Positions 43,295 through 53,063 of a stretch of 64,000 nucleotides of DNA are shown piece by piece. The DNA is from a phage, in sequence record PZ534511.1; one strand, 5' to 3'. The notes beneath the pieces were generated by a model. It saw only the letters and a list, made by a program, of their open reading frames with translations. It was not told the origin of the DNA and ran no database searches. Positions within the stretch are counted from its first letter, which is position 1, and each line of letters opens with the position of its first letter. The translations under genes and the position numbers were made by a program.

Positions 43295-46200
43295 TTAACT
43301 AGGGAAGTTTGTATAAGCTTCGAGATGGTATTGCTGGTTACCAGGTAGCATAACACCTATGCTTGCAACACCTAATGTTCTACCACCAGGGTTCCACTGA
43401 AACTTAAATCCAATCCAACCCGAGCTTCTGGCTGCATCAATGTTGTCACTGTACCCAAAAGTGGCTAGACCATCAACACCTGCTCCGAAAAGCAGTTGTA
43501 TCTGGTTCCTTGGTAGGCCAATAATTTCAGGTATGTAAGCACCAAAAAATGTAGGGTTGGTGGTTGTGGTCGGATTGTTCATGACCGGACCGGTAAAGAC
43601 CCTCATATTGGACGTTCCTGCAGGTCTAGGGTAAGCCCCGTCAAGAGGATTTCCTTCCCAAATAAACCACTGAGGTGCCATCTGTCTGACAGTAAACGAT
43701 GTTGAAGACGTTTTGCGGCCTGCATCATCTCTAACTACAAACTTTATGGTGACATTCCCAGTAGCTTTAAATGTTACCAGCCCTGTGGTGGCATCCACTG
43801 TTGCAATGTTGGTATTACTACTTTCCCAAGTCTTTCTAATCCCGGATACGTTGGAAGGGGTGATAGAAGGTTCCTGCATCTGCAGTTTACCGCCCACAAT
43901 CCCTATGCCGTTGCCCGGATTATACAGCACACCGACCTCGTCTATAATGTTCCCTGCTTTGAGACTATACTTCCTTGAGAAGTTGTAAGTTCCGTTATAA
44001 GTGTGTGTCCCTGAGAATGTGACATCTGCCTTCCCGTAAGAGATGCAAACCAACGCATACTTCCTGTCAGGCAACGTTTCTCCAGTCTCTGGGTGAGTTT
44101 TACCTACCTGGAACACACTCGGGTCAGTAGAGTCGTGACTATCACTAACGGAGCTTGGACCGCCCATCAACTGTGACAAACAATTCCTTACCCATGTCCA
44201 GTTATTATCGCTGGAGAAGTCCACAGTCAAATCAAACACAACCCACTCATTTGGCTTCCACACAGGTGTTGCAATGGACTTGCCTACACCGCCTCCTTGG
44301 AGTGTTGCCGACTGTTCGGTGATCAGTGCCGCATAGGCCAGAGTTCCTAAACTCAGAGTCTGGCTTGCTGTCCTCACTACCTTAGAATCAGCATCTGTGA
44401 AGTTGTTGATGATTTGGAATGTGCCATAAGTGTTTTTACAGGTAATTCTGGCGTTCAGCGTGTCAATCTTCCTCACATCTGCCATAGCAGTGTTAGACAC
44501 AGAGAAGTCAGAAGCTTTAGCTGAGTTTGCCGCAACAGCAGGATCAACGTTAAGAGTTGCGTTGAACTGACAGGCAGGGGTAACCAGCAGCTTGTTATCA
44601 CCTATTTGCTTCCATGAAATACTTTGGACAGGTAGATTCCATTTAATACCTGAGAAAACTTTAGCAACCCTTGGCCCCAAAGCTCCAGTCCTGTTGTCTT
44701 TACAGCACATAGACATGGTGATCGTTGACGGAGTTGCCTGACCGAACAATTCCTGTGCTTTTGCAGAGGACATGGTGTAGAAATTGTCCTTAACAAACTC
44801 ATCAGCGGCTAAAGATCCATCAGCCCTCCACCACTGGACCTGATACCCTGTTTTATCCCAGCCTCCAACCTGCTTCAAGTCCTCCCAAGAGATTTCCAGA
44901 TCCCCCGTGGTAGGGTTGATTGCAGCAGTTCCTGGTGTACCGGATGACCACAATGGGATATCAAACCACGCAGGTTTAACAGATTGCACTGCATTAGGAC
45001 CTATTGCAGCAGCAAGTTGTTGACCCATCAGCACGCGAGCATCTTTCACCAGGCCCCATTCTATCATAGACCCAGAGTAACCTTCTTTCTTGTAGGCAGA
45101 GGATCCGTTCAAATGGATGAGCCTGCTGCAGTCGAAGCCATACGCTCCACCACCGTTAGGATCTGCAAAGTTGGTTATGATTCTATCCCTAATATTTTTC
45201 CATGCCCTACCTCCAATCTCGTAGTCATGGTCATAACATCTTTGCAACGTTGTCCAGCAAATGATTGCCATTCTTCTGCCGCCTGTGAACCCGAAAGCGC
45301 CGTCATTCAGCTCTTTCCACAGGTAACAGTTGGTTGTCCACATAGCCCTGTGGATATTGAACCAGTTTATAGATTTGGCTGAGTTGTTCCACTGAGTCCC
45401 AGGTAATTCAGGCCACACTGCATTGACTAGCATGTCCTCTGTACCGGCATCTATTAAGAAGCCTCTTACCTTCTTGCCCATACCTACCCTGTCTTTAGCA
45501 ATCCAATTGCCAAACAGTCTCAGTTTTGGACCATAAACAACATCCTCTGGGTGCTCAAAAGAGACATACTTTAAGTAGATTGTTGGGTCACCGTAGGTGC
45601 CATCACAAACACTTTTGTGCATGTTTTCGCCAAGGTCTAGACGAAGCCCCGTCACTACTTTAGACGTGTCGGTGAATTTGTCTGTTAAGTCAAATTCATA
45701 CCACCACCACCCACCACCTAGCATAAATTTCTTGCATCGCACAGCGTCTGTGTCAGATATTCTCTTATCCCCTGCAAAAGGTGAATCAGCAAACTGATAG
45801 TGCAGAGCAGTCTCAAATAGGTGGGTGGAAGTTCCGTTCTCTGCAAGAACTTGCTTACCTATCAGATCGCACTTAATGATCATCACAACACGCTTGTATC
45901 CGTTTGTTACCGGAACTTGCATAGATATGGATGTTCCATCCATGTTCGATCTTAGATCACTCATGATGATATAGGGGTCGACAGCGTTGCCTAAAGTTTC
46001 AGGCCCTGGAATTATCTTGTATTTCTTGACCTGGCCCATAAATCTGTCACTGGCGTAAGTTGCAGCCTCAAAACAAGAGCCACCACCAGGTAATTCTCCA
46101 GGTCCCCAGAAAAATGCCCCATAGCAGTTATAGAACCACTTATTAGGGTCGTATTTGTTCTTGAAGGTCTGGACCTCGTTGGCCTGTTTTGTCAAGAAAA

Positions 46201-48922
46201 CCTGCGTGTCTGTGAAGATTGCAGGGTTTACTCTCGCCTGTCTTGGAGGGTAACCTGTAGTTTGGTTAAACCACAAATTACAAGAGTAATCCCTCATATA
46301 GTCATAATCAGAGTATTTGTTTACATCTTCGTTCCAACACATGTTTAGGTTGGTACCGCCCATGCATACAATATATTCTGCGACATACTTATCACTTCTG
46401 GTAGGAATACCTATGAACCATCTGTTAACAGGCTCATCCCAAGCTGTGCGCTCATCTTTAACGCAGATAGCAATCCAGTCATGTGTTCCTGTTTTCTTGC
46501 ACACATCTCGCTTCATACCATAGTAGAACTCTTTAGTATTCGGCTCAGGTGCATTTATCAGGTAACTCCATGCCTGATTTGCATAAGTTCCATTGGTGCG
46601 TGGATCATGATCAAAGGCATACATGATGATCCTTTCCCCACCAAGATGTTCGCCAAGAGTAACTTTGACATTCACATCGCCGTAACCATTGCGAACAACA
46701 TCCATATTATCAATAGAGATACCTCTGGGCGTGTAGGCAATTTTCAGCGAGTTATCTTCACTAGTGCCGCCAAGTGTAATCCCTATGTTGTTTGTTGTCC
46801 CGTCGACATATCTTACTGTAGCTTCCCAGCGTATTCCGAAATACCCTGCATCATGGCTGACAATTTTCAGTGTACGAGCTCCTGGGTGAGGTTTTCCAGG
46901 ATCAGGCCAAGGGTCTGGGTGTTCGTGAACAGTCAACGACGTTCCGTTCTGCTCATTAACCTGCAACATTTTACCACCCTTGCCATTAGGATTGAACTCC
47001 CACAAGGCTTGTGTTTTCACAATATTGTCATACGTGGCGCGTCTTTGATCGTAGATCTCTTGGGTCACATCATAAGTGACTGATCCAGCATCCATTCTGT
47101 GGAGTCTGACCATATACGATGTATCCCCTTCTACTGCAGGCTGGGTCCCATTCAGCCCAAAGTATACAGTATCATTAACATGGAACTGTTTGTTTCTACC
47201 GACAGTATGCCATTTACCATCAGACGGGTACGCAGGAACTATGGTGTTCCAGTTCAAAGTCCTTGTCGTATGGGTTCTGCCTGTGCCATGCTTGTCATGA
47301 TAGGTTATTTTTACAGAGTACAGGCCACGTCTGTTAACATTTCTGTTATACTGGGTGACAACAACTTCATTGGCCCCTCCGTGGTTCCAGTTGGTGGAGA
47401 ATTGGTAATTTGCATCTGTAACAACCGTGCCTGCAGCATTTACCAGTTCAATCTTGTCAATAATGAACGTAGCCCCCTCTGGCTGAGGCTTCAATTTCAT
47501 CTTGACCGTGTCACCAATGTAAATATTGCTAACGCTGCTAACACCGTTAACGTCGAAAATATCCTCAACACCCCAACTGTCTACCGGGACATTTTTATAC
47601 CAATTCTCCGGAATCTCTGTGAACCCTTGGCTGTTAAGTCTGCCGCCAAAGAGGTTATTAGATCCTGTAAAACTTCCCCTTGGGATACCTGACCACCAAA
47701 GTTTACCATTAACAACAGTAAAGGTACCTAAGAAACCTTCTCTGTGGATGCCTTGGAAATAAACACTCTCTGTCCAGCTGACTGGCAGGCGTTGCTCAAC
47801 ATATTTAGCTGTAGCAAGAGCTTGATAGTGGATAAAATCGGCCCTAGGACTATTGTTTGCAGATTGTGCACCAATATCATTACATAAGTTGCGAGAGAAC
47901 CCACGATACTGCTTAGTGCCATTATTGAAGAAAATGCCACTTGTGCCGTACCCACGAGCCATCATTACCTCATGGGTGTAGGTGATATTCAGTTCCCGCC
48001 ATGTATCATCTCCCCAAATGTTTTGACCATAAAATACGTTAACAAGCTGCTGGTCATCGGGTCTATGCATCCTCTGTGTAGCAATTACTGCCCCGTTAGG
48101 ACCACACATAAACCCTTTCCACTCCTCATCTGCAGGAATGCCCCTCAAATCGTTACGAGTAATCTGCACAGGAGGCCAAACAAGGTCGTTTCTACTGTTA
48201 TTTCTCAGAAAGTCGTAACCTGCAATCCAGAATCCGTTAGGACCACCAAAAATAACCGAGTTGTCATGAACTTCACAATTAATTCTTGGATTTTTCCAAG
48301 GACCTGTCTCTGGACTTTCAGATGTTTCACCGATCTTAACTGGAGTAGCGTGTTGACTTTTGTCAACATGAAGAGAGCCGTAAGTATTATTGCCAGAGCC
48401 GTACAGGTGAAGCATACCATCAGCCTCTGGTGCAGCAATTACCCACACGGTATTGTTTACGCCACCCATTACTTCAACAAGTCTCTCAGGATGGGTGTCC
48501 AAATGCAACCCTGTTACGATCTGTTCCGGCAAAGGTGTCCACTCTCTGACACAAACATCGTTTCCACCTGCTGCCTCCGATCCGATAAGACCAGCTGTGC
48601 AACCAATATAGAAAAATTTATTATCGAATGTGCGGATTACAAATGCACGGTCAGCTCTCCAAACATGGTCTACGTTCCAAGCTGCCTCATTAGGATAGTT
48701 TATTGTATCAAGATCTCCAGTCCGACACTCTCCGAACCTATTATAGCCAGTAATATTAAGCTGACCATCATCAAAAAGTATAGCTAAGCTATTTACATAG
48801 GATACTGTGTTGCTTGTACCATCACTGTTGTCTATTGGGTATGACAGAACAGCAAGTTCCTTAATTCCACCCCTCTTATCGAGGAAATGACGACCAAGTT
48901 TTAGCAAAGGGATTGGAAGCAT
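43295..48922 (-). CDS. giant tail fibre / host-specificity adhesin (1875 aa) with Ig-like (Big_2-type) domains
   Basis: Single uninterrupted ORF; Ig-like segment NIATVDATTGLVTFKATGNVTIKFVVRDDAGRKTSSTSFTV; Gly/Asn/Thr/Trp-rich beta-rich composition; last gene of the tail module. Confidence 0.6.
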   Translation of the reverse strand: MLPIPLLKLGRHFLDKRGGIKELAVLSYPIDNSDGTSNTVSYVNSLAILFDDGQLNITGYNRFGECRTGDLDTINYPNEAAWNVDHVWRADRAFVIRTFDNKFFYIGCTAGLIGSEAAGGNDVCVREWTPLPEQIVTGLHLDTHPERLVEVMGGVNNTVWVIAAPEADGMLHLYGSGNNTYGSLHVDKSQHATPVKIGETSESPETGPWKNPRINCEVHDNSVIFGGPNGFWIAGYDFLRNNSRNDLVWPPVQITRNDLRGIPADEEWKGFMCGPNGAVIATQRMHRPDDQQLVNVFYGQNIWGDDTWRELNITYTHEVMMARGYGTSGIFFNNGTKQYRGFSRNLCNDIGAQSANNSPRADFIHYQALATAKYVEQRLPVSWTESVYFQGIHREGFLGTFTVVNGKLWWSGIPRGSFTGSNNLFGGRLNSQGFTEIPENWYKNVPVDSWGVEDIFDVNGVSSVSNIYIGDTVKMKLKPQPEGATFIIDKIELVNAAGTVVTDANYQFSTNWNHGGANEVVVTQYNRNVNRRGLYSVKITYHDKHGTGRTHTTRTLNWNTIVPAYPSDGKWHTVGRNKQFHVNDTVYFGLNGTQPAVEGDTSYMVRLHRMDAGSVTYDVTQEIYDQRRATYDNIVKTQALWEFNPNGKGGKMLQVNEQNGTSLTVHEHPDPWPDPGKPHPGARTLKIVSHDAGYFGIRWEATVRYVDGTTNNIGITLGGTSEDNSLKIAYTPRGISIDNMDVVRNGYGDVNVKVTLGEHLGGERIIMYAFDHDPRTNGTYANQAWSYLINAPEPNTKEFYYGMKRDVCKKTGTHDWIAICVKDERTAWDEPVNRWFIGIPTRSDKYVAEYIVCMGGTNLNMCWNEDVNKYSDYDYMRDYSCNLWFNQTTGYPPRQARVNPAIFTDTQVFLTKQANEVQTFKNKYDPNKWFYNCYGAFFWGPGELPGGGSCFEAATYASDRFMGQVKKYKIIPGPETLGNAVDPYIIMSDLRSNMDGTSISMQVPVTNGYKRVVMIIKCDLIGKQVLAENGTSTHLFETALHYQFADSPFAGDKRISDTDAVRCKKFMLGGGWWWYEFDLTDKFTDTSKVVTGLRLDLGENMHKSVCDGTYGDPTIYLKYVSFEHPEDVVYGPKLRLFGNWIAKDRVGMGKKVRGFLIDAGTEDMLVNAVWPELPGTQWNNSAKSINWFNIHRAMWTTNCYLWKELNDGAFGFTGGRRMAIICWTTLQRCYDHDYEIGGRAWKNIRDRIITNFADPNGGGAYGFDCSRLIHLNGSSAYKKEGYSGSMIEWGLVKDARVLMGQQLAAAIGPNAVQSVKPAWFDIPLWSSGTPGTAAINPTTGDLEISWEDLKQVGGWDKTGYQVQWWRADGSLAADEFVKDNFYTMSSAKAQELFGQATPSTITMSMCCKDNRTGALGPRVAKVFSGIKWNLPVQSISWKQIGDNKLLVTPACQFNATLNVDPAVAANSAKASDFSVSNTAMADVRKIDTLNARITCKNTYGTFQIINNFTDADSKVVRTASQTLSLGTLAYAALITEQSATLQGGGVGKSIATPVWKPNEWVVFDLTVDFSSDNNWTWVRNCLSQLMGGPSSVSDSHDSTDPSVFQVGKTHPETGETLPDRKYALVCISYGKADVTFSGTHTYNGTYNFSRKYSLKAGNIIDEVGVLYNPGNGIGIVGGKLQMQEPSITPSNVSGIRKTWESSNTNIATVDATTGLVTFKATGNVTIKFVVRDDAGRKTSSTSFTVRQMAPQWFIWEGNPLDGAYPRPAGTSNMRVFTGPVMNNPTTTTNPTFFGAYIPEIIGLPRNQIQLLFGAGVDGLATFGYSDNIDAARSSGWIGFKFQWNPGGRTLGVASIGVMLPGNQQYHLEAYTNFPS

Positions 48923-48932
48923 TGTGTTCTCC

Positions 48933-48964
48933 AGATAAGAAAACCGCCCCGTCAGGAGCGGTTA
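48933..48964 (-). terminator. rho-independent terminator or attenuator (minus strand)
   Basis: Minus-strand hairpin AACCGCTCCTGACGGGGCGGTT followed by TTTCTTATCT. Confidence 0.45.
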
Positions 48965-48972
48965 GATATATA

Positions 48973-50718
48973 TTAACGTTGTGCAATTACTACGTCTACG
49001 ATATCACCAACACCACAATATGTTAATTGCAGCAAGGTAACACTATTAGCCTTGTTATTAATAACAGGCGTTGCCGACAGGATAGCATACTTATCGTGCA
49101 AAGTCACGTTGTGACCTACAGCATCCTGAATGACATAGATAACCGCAGTGAATGGATAAGGTTTATCTTCCGCTGATGTACCAGGCCATTGTCCTATTGT
49201 AAAATCCCCTTTCGCGTGGACAACATACATACTGGCCTGCCCGTTAGGTGTCCATGTCCCACTGGACGCGTCAACCTCCTCTAAATCAAAATCTACCTTT
49301 CCTGCGTGGAAAGTAGGGGCAGTAATGGTTTTACCCGCCTCAATTTCTTGAGAGGTGGTTATCTTGCCACTGGAGTTAATGCCATTACAAACAAAGTTGA
49401 CATTAGAGAAGTCTGGCAGCCACCCAGTCACTGTGCCGGATATTTCAAGGTTGTGAAGGTAGGTGGTGCCCGTCCCTGCTGCGTTTAAACTAACATCTCC
49501 ATTTACCTGCAAGTTTCTGGTAACGTTGCAGTTTTCAGAGTTTGCAGTTGTTGCAGTTAAAGTAGTGGTTGTCAGCTCGGTAATTACACCTTTGTTGGCT
49601 GTAAGCCCTTCCCCTTCAAAAGTTGCACGCTCATTGACTCTTAGGGTATTCAGAGCTATGTTTTGGATAGAGGCTGTACCTCGAATAACTACAGATCCGC
49701 CAACTTCTAAATCACCATTTATTAATGCGTCCCCCGTGCTTTCAATATAGCTAGGGTAAATCATGGTGCCATCGACAGAGTAGGTTATCCCTGTAACAGT
49801 GCCTGTCACCTCAAGGTTCTTAACCCTGGTGGTTCCATCTACCTGCAATGTCGGTTCGGTTGCTGCCTTCATGGCATTACCACGAATGTACACGTAGTCA
49901 AAAAAGTTATTACCTAGACCATCAAAATGCACATCGTTATTATTAGCCACTGGTTTCCCAGAAGTTATAGTGTCAGCTATAACCCTGTGGGTGGACACTT
50001 CATGAGGTTGCAGCTCTGTGCTTCTCCAGTCTGCATGCTTAGGATCACTCCACGCAAAAGTAAGTGTAGAAGTATTTGCCGTGAGGATTAGGTTCCTGAA
50101 GCGTGCAGTAGAATCTGCTCCATTAACAGGCCCATGTAAGGTGAGTGTGCCACCAACTATAGTGTTAGCAAGTTCTGTAAGACCTTTTACCACCAAAGAT
50201 CCTACAGTAACTTTCATTCCCTCCATGGCTTCAAATATGCTATCCACATAGTCAACAACAAACTCTGTGTTTGCTATAGACTCGGATTTGTCGTCCATTG
50301 GAGGCGTAGGTACTCGCGGGTCACCTTCGAACCTCGGACTGTTAAGTTTTGCGTAGTATTTTGCCATTACTGCAGAATCGGTATATAATCTCCAGTTTGG
50401 AGATTGTGAAGGATCTGCTGGCATTCTAACCGGGTTAGATTTTGATGCTGCGGGAGCGTACCACCACTGAGGGCCTGTGTCCCCTTTAAACTCGTACAGC
50501 TGGTTAAAAACTGTTGTGGATGCACCATACGCCCAAGGGATCGGTGGCGTTTTAAAATAAAGGGTGTCAAGCATGGCTTTTCGTACCGTAGGGATGGTGG
50601 TCCCATCCTCTACGACAACTTCATCCACAGCGTTACCGTTGACAATCAGGTGCAAACGTTCAGAATCAACAATTACTTGATCTACCGCCTGCTCAAAGCT
50701 TGTCATGTCTTGCGCCAT
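48973..50718 (-). CDS. tail fibre / tailspike protein (581 aa)
   Basis: Thr/Gly/Asn-rich repetitive beta-strand composition; position in the tail module. Confidence 0.5.
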   Translation of the reverse strand: MAQDMTSFEQAVDQVIVDSERLHLIVNGNAVDEVVVEDGTTIPTVRKAMLDTLYFKTPPIPWAYGASTTVFNQLYEFKGDTGPQWWYAPAASKSNPVRMPADPSQSPNWRLYTDSAVMAKYYAKLNSPRFEGDPRVPTPPMDDKSESIANTEFVVDYVDSIFEAMEGMKVTVGSLVVKGLTELANTIVGGTLTLHGPVNGADSTARFRNLILTANTSTLTFAWSDPKHADWRSTELQPHEVSTHRVIADTITSGKPVANNNDVHFDGLGNNFFDYVYIRGNAMKAATEPTLQVDGTTRVKNLEVTGTVTGITYSVDGTMIYPSYIESTGDALINGDLEVGGSVVIRGTASIQNIALNTLRVNERATFEGEGLTANKGVITELTTTTLTATTANSENCNVTRNLQVNGDVSLNAAGTGTTYLHNLEISGTVTGWLPDFSNVNFVCNGINSSGKITTSQEIEAGKTITAPTFHAGKVDFDLEEVDASSGTWTPNGQASMYVVHAKGDFTIGQWPGTSAEDKPYPFTAVIYVIQDAVGHNVTLHDKYAILSATPVINNKANSVTLLQLTYCGVGDIVDVVIAQR

Positions 50719-50727
50719 GATTTCTCC

Positions 50728-50994
50728 TTAAGCTTTTTGCTCTTCGTTTTTAACGTGGTCAGGGTGCTGGCAACCCCACCGGAGCGAGATGAATTTGCTA
50801 ATAAGCTGGGGGCAAGCTACTGAAGGCGCGTATATCCACGCATACCATTCAGGAAGCGTATCATTATACCCCATATGAATAAACACCCCAGTCATCACCG
50901 CCATGCCTATGTTCGACCATAGCTTAGATTGGGACACTTTCGTAGGGTCATCAGATGCCGCAACCAGTCCCCATAAAAACTGAGTTAGTTTCAT
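50728..50994 (-). CDS. hypothetical small membrane protein
   Basis: Predicted TM segment WSNIGMAVMTGVFIHMGY; sits between fibre genes. Confidence 0.4.
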   Translation of the reverse strand: MKLTQFLWGLVAASDDPTKVSQSKLWSNIGMAVMTGVFIHMGYNDTLPEWYAWIYAPSVACPQLISKFISLRWGCQHPDHVKNEEQKA

Positions 50995-51005
50995 TTACCC
51001 TCTTT

Positions 51006-52052
51006 TTAAGCATAAGATATAGTGATCCATTGACCATTTACAAGTTTTTGGATAGCACCTGTCCAGTAATCACCTTGATAAGGGTGTTTATAAGCGTAGT
51101 TACCAGAGCACATCACATGTCCAGGGTAGACTCTTGACTCTCTGTAGGTGGTTTTAAAACGGTTTGCTATCCTTACATCATCAACCCCTCTGCTAGGCAT
51201 AGGGATAGTAAGGTTACCGCTACTGTCTGCGCCGTTACCATTTACCCTGCGGACCACGTTTCTTCCACCAACTGTTGCATATTGGCCCCTGACGGTTTCA
51301 TCGTTACAATCAACTCTTCCACCTATTTGAGCGCTTCCGCAGGATTGTTGTCCATTAACAGTGGCTCTTGGTATCGTGACCGCATTGGCATTTGCAGAGG
51401 AACTTTTTGCATCGTTGCATTCAAGATTTCCTTGGATAGCCAGTCTTGCACGGTTGGCAGTTATAGCATTGAGCTTCATAGCTGAAAACACAGGCTGCCC
51501 ACCAGAAGGTTGAAATCTCCAACGGAACCCATCTATTTGGTGAGAAGGATCATCAAGGTCTGTGCCGTCAGCACCACCGATGTTGTCCATAATCCAGAAA
51601 TCCATCGTCGTCTTGTCTGGAGTTATGGTGGTATATATTGCCGCACTGTCTGTTGACGCAGATGCAAACTCGATTCTTTGAAGACCTAAAGTTTGAGTCT
51701 GAGTCATTATGTCTCCAGACTTGTCAACATATAGATCGTCCATTTCTTCAGGTGAGTATACATTGAGAACTTGACGTGCAGCAGCTTTGTCTGGAACGTC
51801 TGCTAGATTATTAGTGACCCTTAAGAATCTATTATCCCATCCTGGGACAACATCTTCTGTTAAATGCTTCAACCACGCAGAAAGCATGTGAAGTTCAAAG
51901 TTAACAACTTCACATGCCATTCTTTGTGTCATATCCCAACCTTTCAATCTCTCTTCTTTTTTTGGTTGAGATTTATTCAACTCTCCCGTATTTTCAAGCA
52001 CAACATCCTGATTGGCCCAAATATCAAGAGGGATAACTGGTTTAGTCATCAC
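51006..52052 (-). CDS. tail fibre protein, paralogue 2 (348 aa)
   Basis: N-terminus (PLDIWANQDVVL..KGWDMTQ) and C-terminus (QKLVNGQWITISYA) conserved with 53064..54104; 30 bp identical DNA at the 3' ends (51011-51040 vs 53069-53098). Confidence 0.6.
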   Translation of the reverse strand: MMTKPVIPLDIWANQDVVLENTGELNKSQPKKEERLKGWDMTQRMACEVVNFELHMLSAWLKHLTEDVVPGWDNRFLRVTNNLADVPDKAAARQVLNVYSPEEMDDLYVDKSGDIMTQTQTLGLQRIEFASASTDSAAIYTTITPDKTTMDFWIMDNIGGADGTDLDDPSHQIDGFRWRFQPSGGQPVFSAMKLNAITANRARLAIQGNLECNDAKSSSANANAVTIPRATVNGQQSCGSAQIGGRVDCNDETVRGQYATVGGRNVVRRVNGNGADSSGNLTIPMPSRGVDDVRIANRFKTTYRESRVYPGHVMCSGNYAYKHPYQGDYWTGAIQKLVNGQWITISYA

Positions 52053-52138
52053 GTTCTCCTGAGAAAATTCCTTAGGACTATTTTAACACTTTAGAGAACA
52101 AAATGCAAGAACGGAGTCCTTTCCGTTCTGACCTTTGT

Positions 52139-52453
52139 TTACCTTTTACTATGCTCTACGAGCATGTGCAAAATCTTTTGTACATCAGCTCGGATGCCGG
52201 AGACATCTGTCCTGACATCCTGCTTAAGGTCGTTAATATCGGCCTCTAGCTTGCTTAACCGAGTCTCGATAACGGAATCAAGTCTATCTTTTGTAACCAT
52301 ACTGTTTTTCACTAAGATGAGGTCTTTCTCCAGCTCATCCAACCTCTTGGAAATGCCTTTCCATTTGGTGTGCCACTGGTTGAAAGCCCATACACAGATC
52401 GGGACAACGGTACCCATGCAGATACCGTACAATGCCGCCAAATCCAACTCCAC
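52139..52453 (-). CDS. hypothetical membrane-anchored coiled-coil protein
   Basis: N-terminal TM LAALYGICMGTVVPICVWAF followed by heptad-like region. Confidence 0.4.
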   Translation of the reverse strand: MELDLAALYGICMGTVVPICVWAFNQWHTKWKGISKRLDELEKDLILVKNSMVTKDRLDSVIETRLSKLEADINDLKQDVRTDVSGIRADVQKILHMLVEHSKR

Positions 52454-52464
52454 AACACCTCCTC

Positions 52465-53049
52465 TTAGAGGGTAGGTCGCTCCGGGAAGAAAATGTCAGG
52501 GGCTTTAGATGTATCTATTTCAAGAAGTTTTACCCTGTACATTTTCAAATCTCTGATGTTACGTTTCTGGTCATCAGTAAGATCATATTCAAGGTCAATC
52601 ATGTCTTGATAGGCACCAATTCTAGCAGTAGCCCAAGCAAGTTCTGTCTCTATGACACCCTCTGCCTGTTGAACAAAGAATTCATTGTCTGTGACAAATT
52701 CATCACCAACTAAACGCAAAGCGTCGTGGTGAAGCATAATGTTTTCTGGTACCTCTTCTTTTTTGGCGATAACCACACGAAGACCTGGAGCAGGCCATAA
52801 GGCATCAGGTTCTTCTGTAGATGTCTTAAGAATTCCCTTCTCGTCAACAAGTAGGAAGATACACCCTGGATTTTCTTGTCGTAATGTTCGTGACTGCACA
52901 TACCAATCACCATCATCATTACGTAAAAAATACCCAGTGTATGCGGTGTAATCCTCGACCTCTTGAGGGGTCAGCTCCTTGGTTTCCTTGTTGGAGTAGT
53001 ATTCGCCAGATCCCGGTTGGTAAAGTTTAAACTCTTGAAGTATTTTCAT
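52465..53049 (-). CDS. putative tail fibre assembly/chaperone protein
   Basis: Immediately downstream of a fibre gene; size about 190 aa; assignment mainly by synteny. Confidence 0.35.
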   Translation of the reverse strand: MKILQEFKLYQPGSGEYYSNKETKELTPQEVEDYTAYTGYFLRNDDGDWYVQSRTLRQENPGCIFLLVDEKGILKTSTEEPDALWPAPGLRVVIAKKEEVPENIMLHHDALRLVGDEFVTDNEFFVQQAEGVIETELAWATARIGAYQDMIDLEYDLTDDQKRNIRDLKMYRVKLLEIDTSKAPDIFFPERPTL

Positions 53050-53063
53050 GCTAGTCCTCCGAT

